Shown: one piece after another, positions 63,993 to 64,000 of the stretch
How positions within the stretch are numbered: position 1 is the stretch's first letter
How the letters are laid out: each line of letters opens with the position of its first letter
IMG/VR virus record: IMGVR_UViG_3300045988_152778
Coordinates: 1 to 64,000 of that record
From: a virus
Length of the DNA: 64,000 nt
Strand: one strand, 5' to 3'
Notes under the pieces: model-generated
Seen by the model: the letters and a program-made list of their open reading frames with translations, nothing else
The model's database searches: none
Told to the model about the DNA's origin: nothing
Translations under genes and position numbers: made by a program

Positions 63993-64000
63993 AGAACCCT

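Larger units (their letters stand above)
169..64000. mobile_element. Integrated temperate prophage (siphovirus-like), left end at the tRNA-Asn; right end (head/packaging genes and attR) lies beyond the window
   Basis: Integrase adjacent to the tRNA 3' end. CI-like repressor, antirepressors, replication module and lysis cassette present. Tail genes (Dit/Tal-like) run off the right edge. Confidence 0.85.

Noticed and set aside
1-64000. CRISPR arrays or rRNA genes
   Set aside because: There are no regularly spaced direct repeats with unique spacers. The only tandem repeats are the 27-nt coding repeats (22.0-22.5 kb) and degenerate 9-mers (12.0 kb). No rRNA-like conserved stretches were seen.

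Overview
This 64 kb window reads as a tRNA-Asn(GTT) gene (93..168, + strand) followed by most of an integrated temperate siphovirus-like prophage, probably from an anaerobic Firmicutes host. The phage carries an anaerobic ribonucleotide reductase (NrdD/NrdG), and its lysis genes are XhlA-like/holin/amidase. From left to right:

(1) A tyrosine integrase on the minus strand abuts the tRNA.

(2) A minus-strand lysogeny/accessory block (about 1.6-11.9 kb) holds an HU-like protein, a calcineurin-type metallophosphoesterase, and an 893-aa protein. I read the 893-aa protein as a diverged YonO-like single-chain two-barrel RNA polymerase, from a DFDSD active-site variant and an RxPxIxxMS motif. The block also holds DUF551, a frameshifted Bro-N/KilA-C antirepressor, a P-loop NTPase and the XRE/CI-like repressor.

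(3) An unusually long non-coding region (about 10.26-12.91 kb) is rich in hairpins, palindromes and iteron-like repeats. It includes a GC-rich structured segment that could be an ncRNA.

(4) A long plus-strand early/replication region follows. It contains many small ORFs; MazF-like and HicB/HicA toxin-antitoxin genes; a second tyrosine recombinase behind a consensus promoter; an SLT transglycosylase; an intact antirepressor; a circularly permuted C5-MTase ORF; an N6A-MTase; an SPFH protein; a Pnkp-like kinase-phosphatase-ligase with a Pol-beta-type nucleotidyltransferase (a putative tRNA-repair counter-defence module); Sak4-like ATPase, SSB, Cas4-like nuclease, primase-helicase and a DnaE-type polymerase; a PAPS-reductase-like protein; YopX; NrdH/NrdD/NrdG; and dUTPase.

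(5) A strongly promoted single-gene moron ends at a perfect bidirectional terminator near 54.0 kb.

(6) Convergent minus-strand late genes follow: holin, XhlA-like, amidase endolysin, receptor-binding-like paralogs, a collagen-like tail fiber, a Tal-like tail protein and a Dit-like protein. These run off the right edge, so the head/packaging genes and attR lie outside the window.

An exact 23-bp direct repeat (16478..16500 and 27432..27454) brackets an 11 kb segment that ends in the second recombinase plus the TA genes. This may be a nested integrative element or a mosaic recombination scar. No rRNA or CRISPR array was seen. All calls come from reading the sequence and ORF translations; no database searches were possible.
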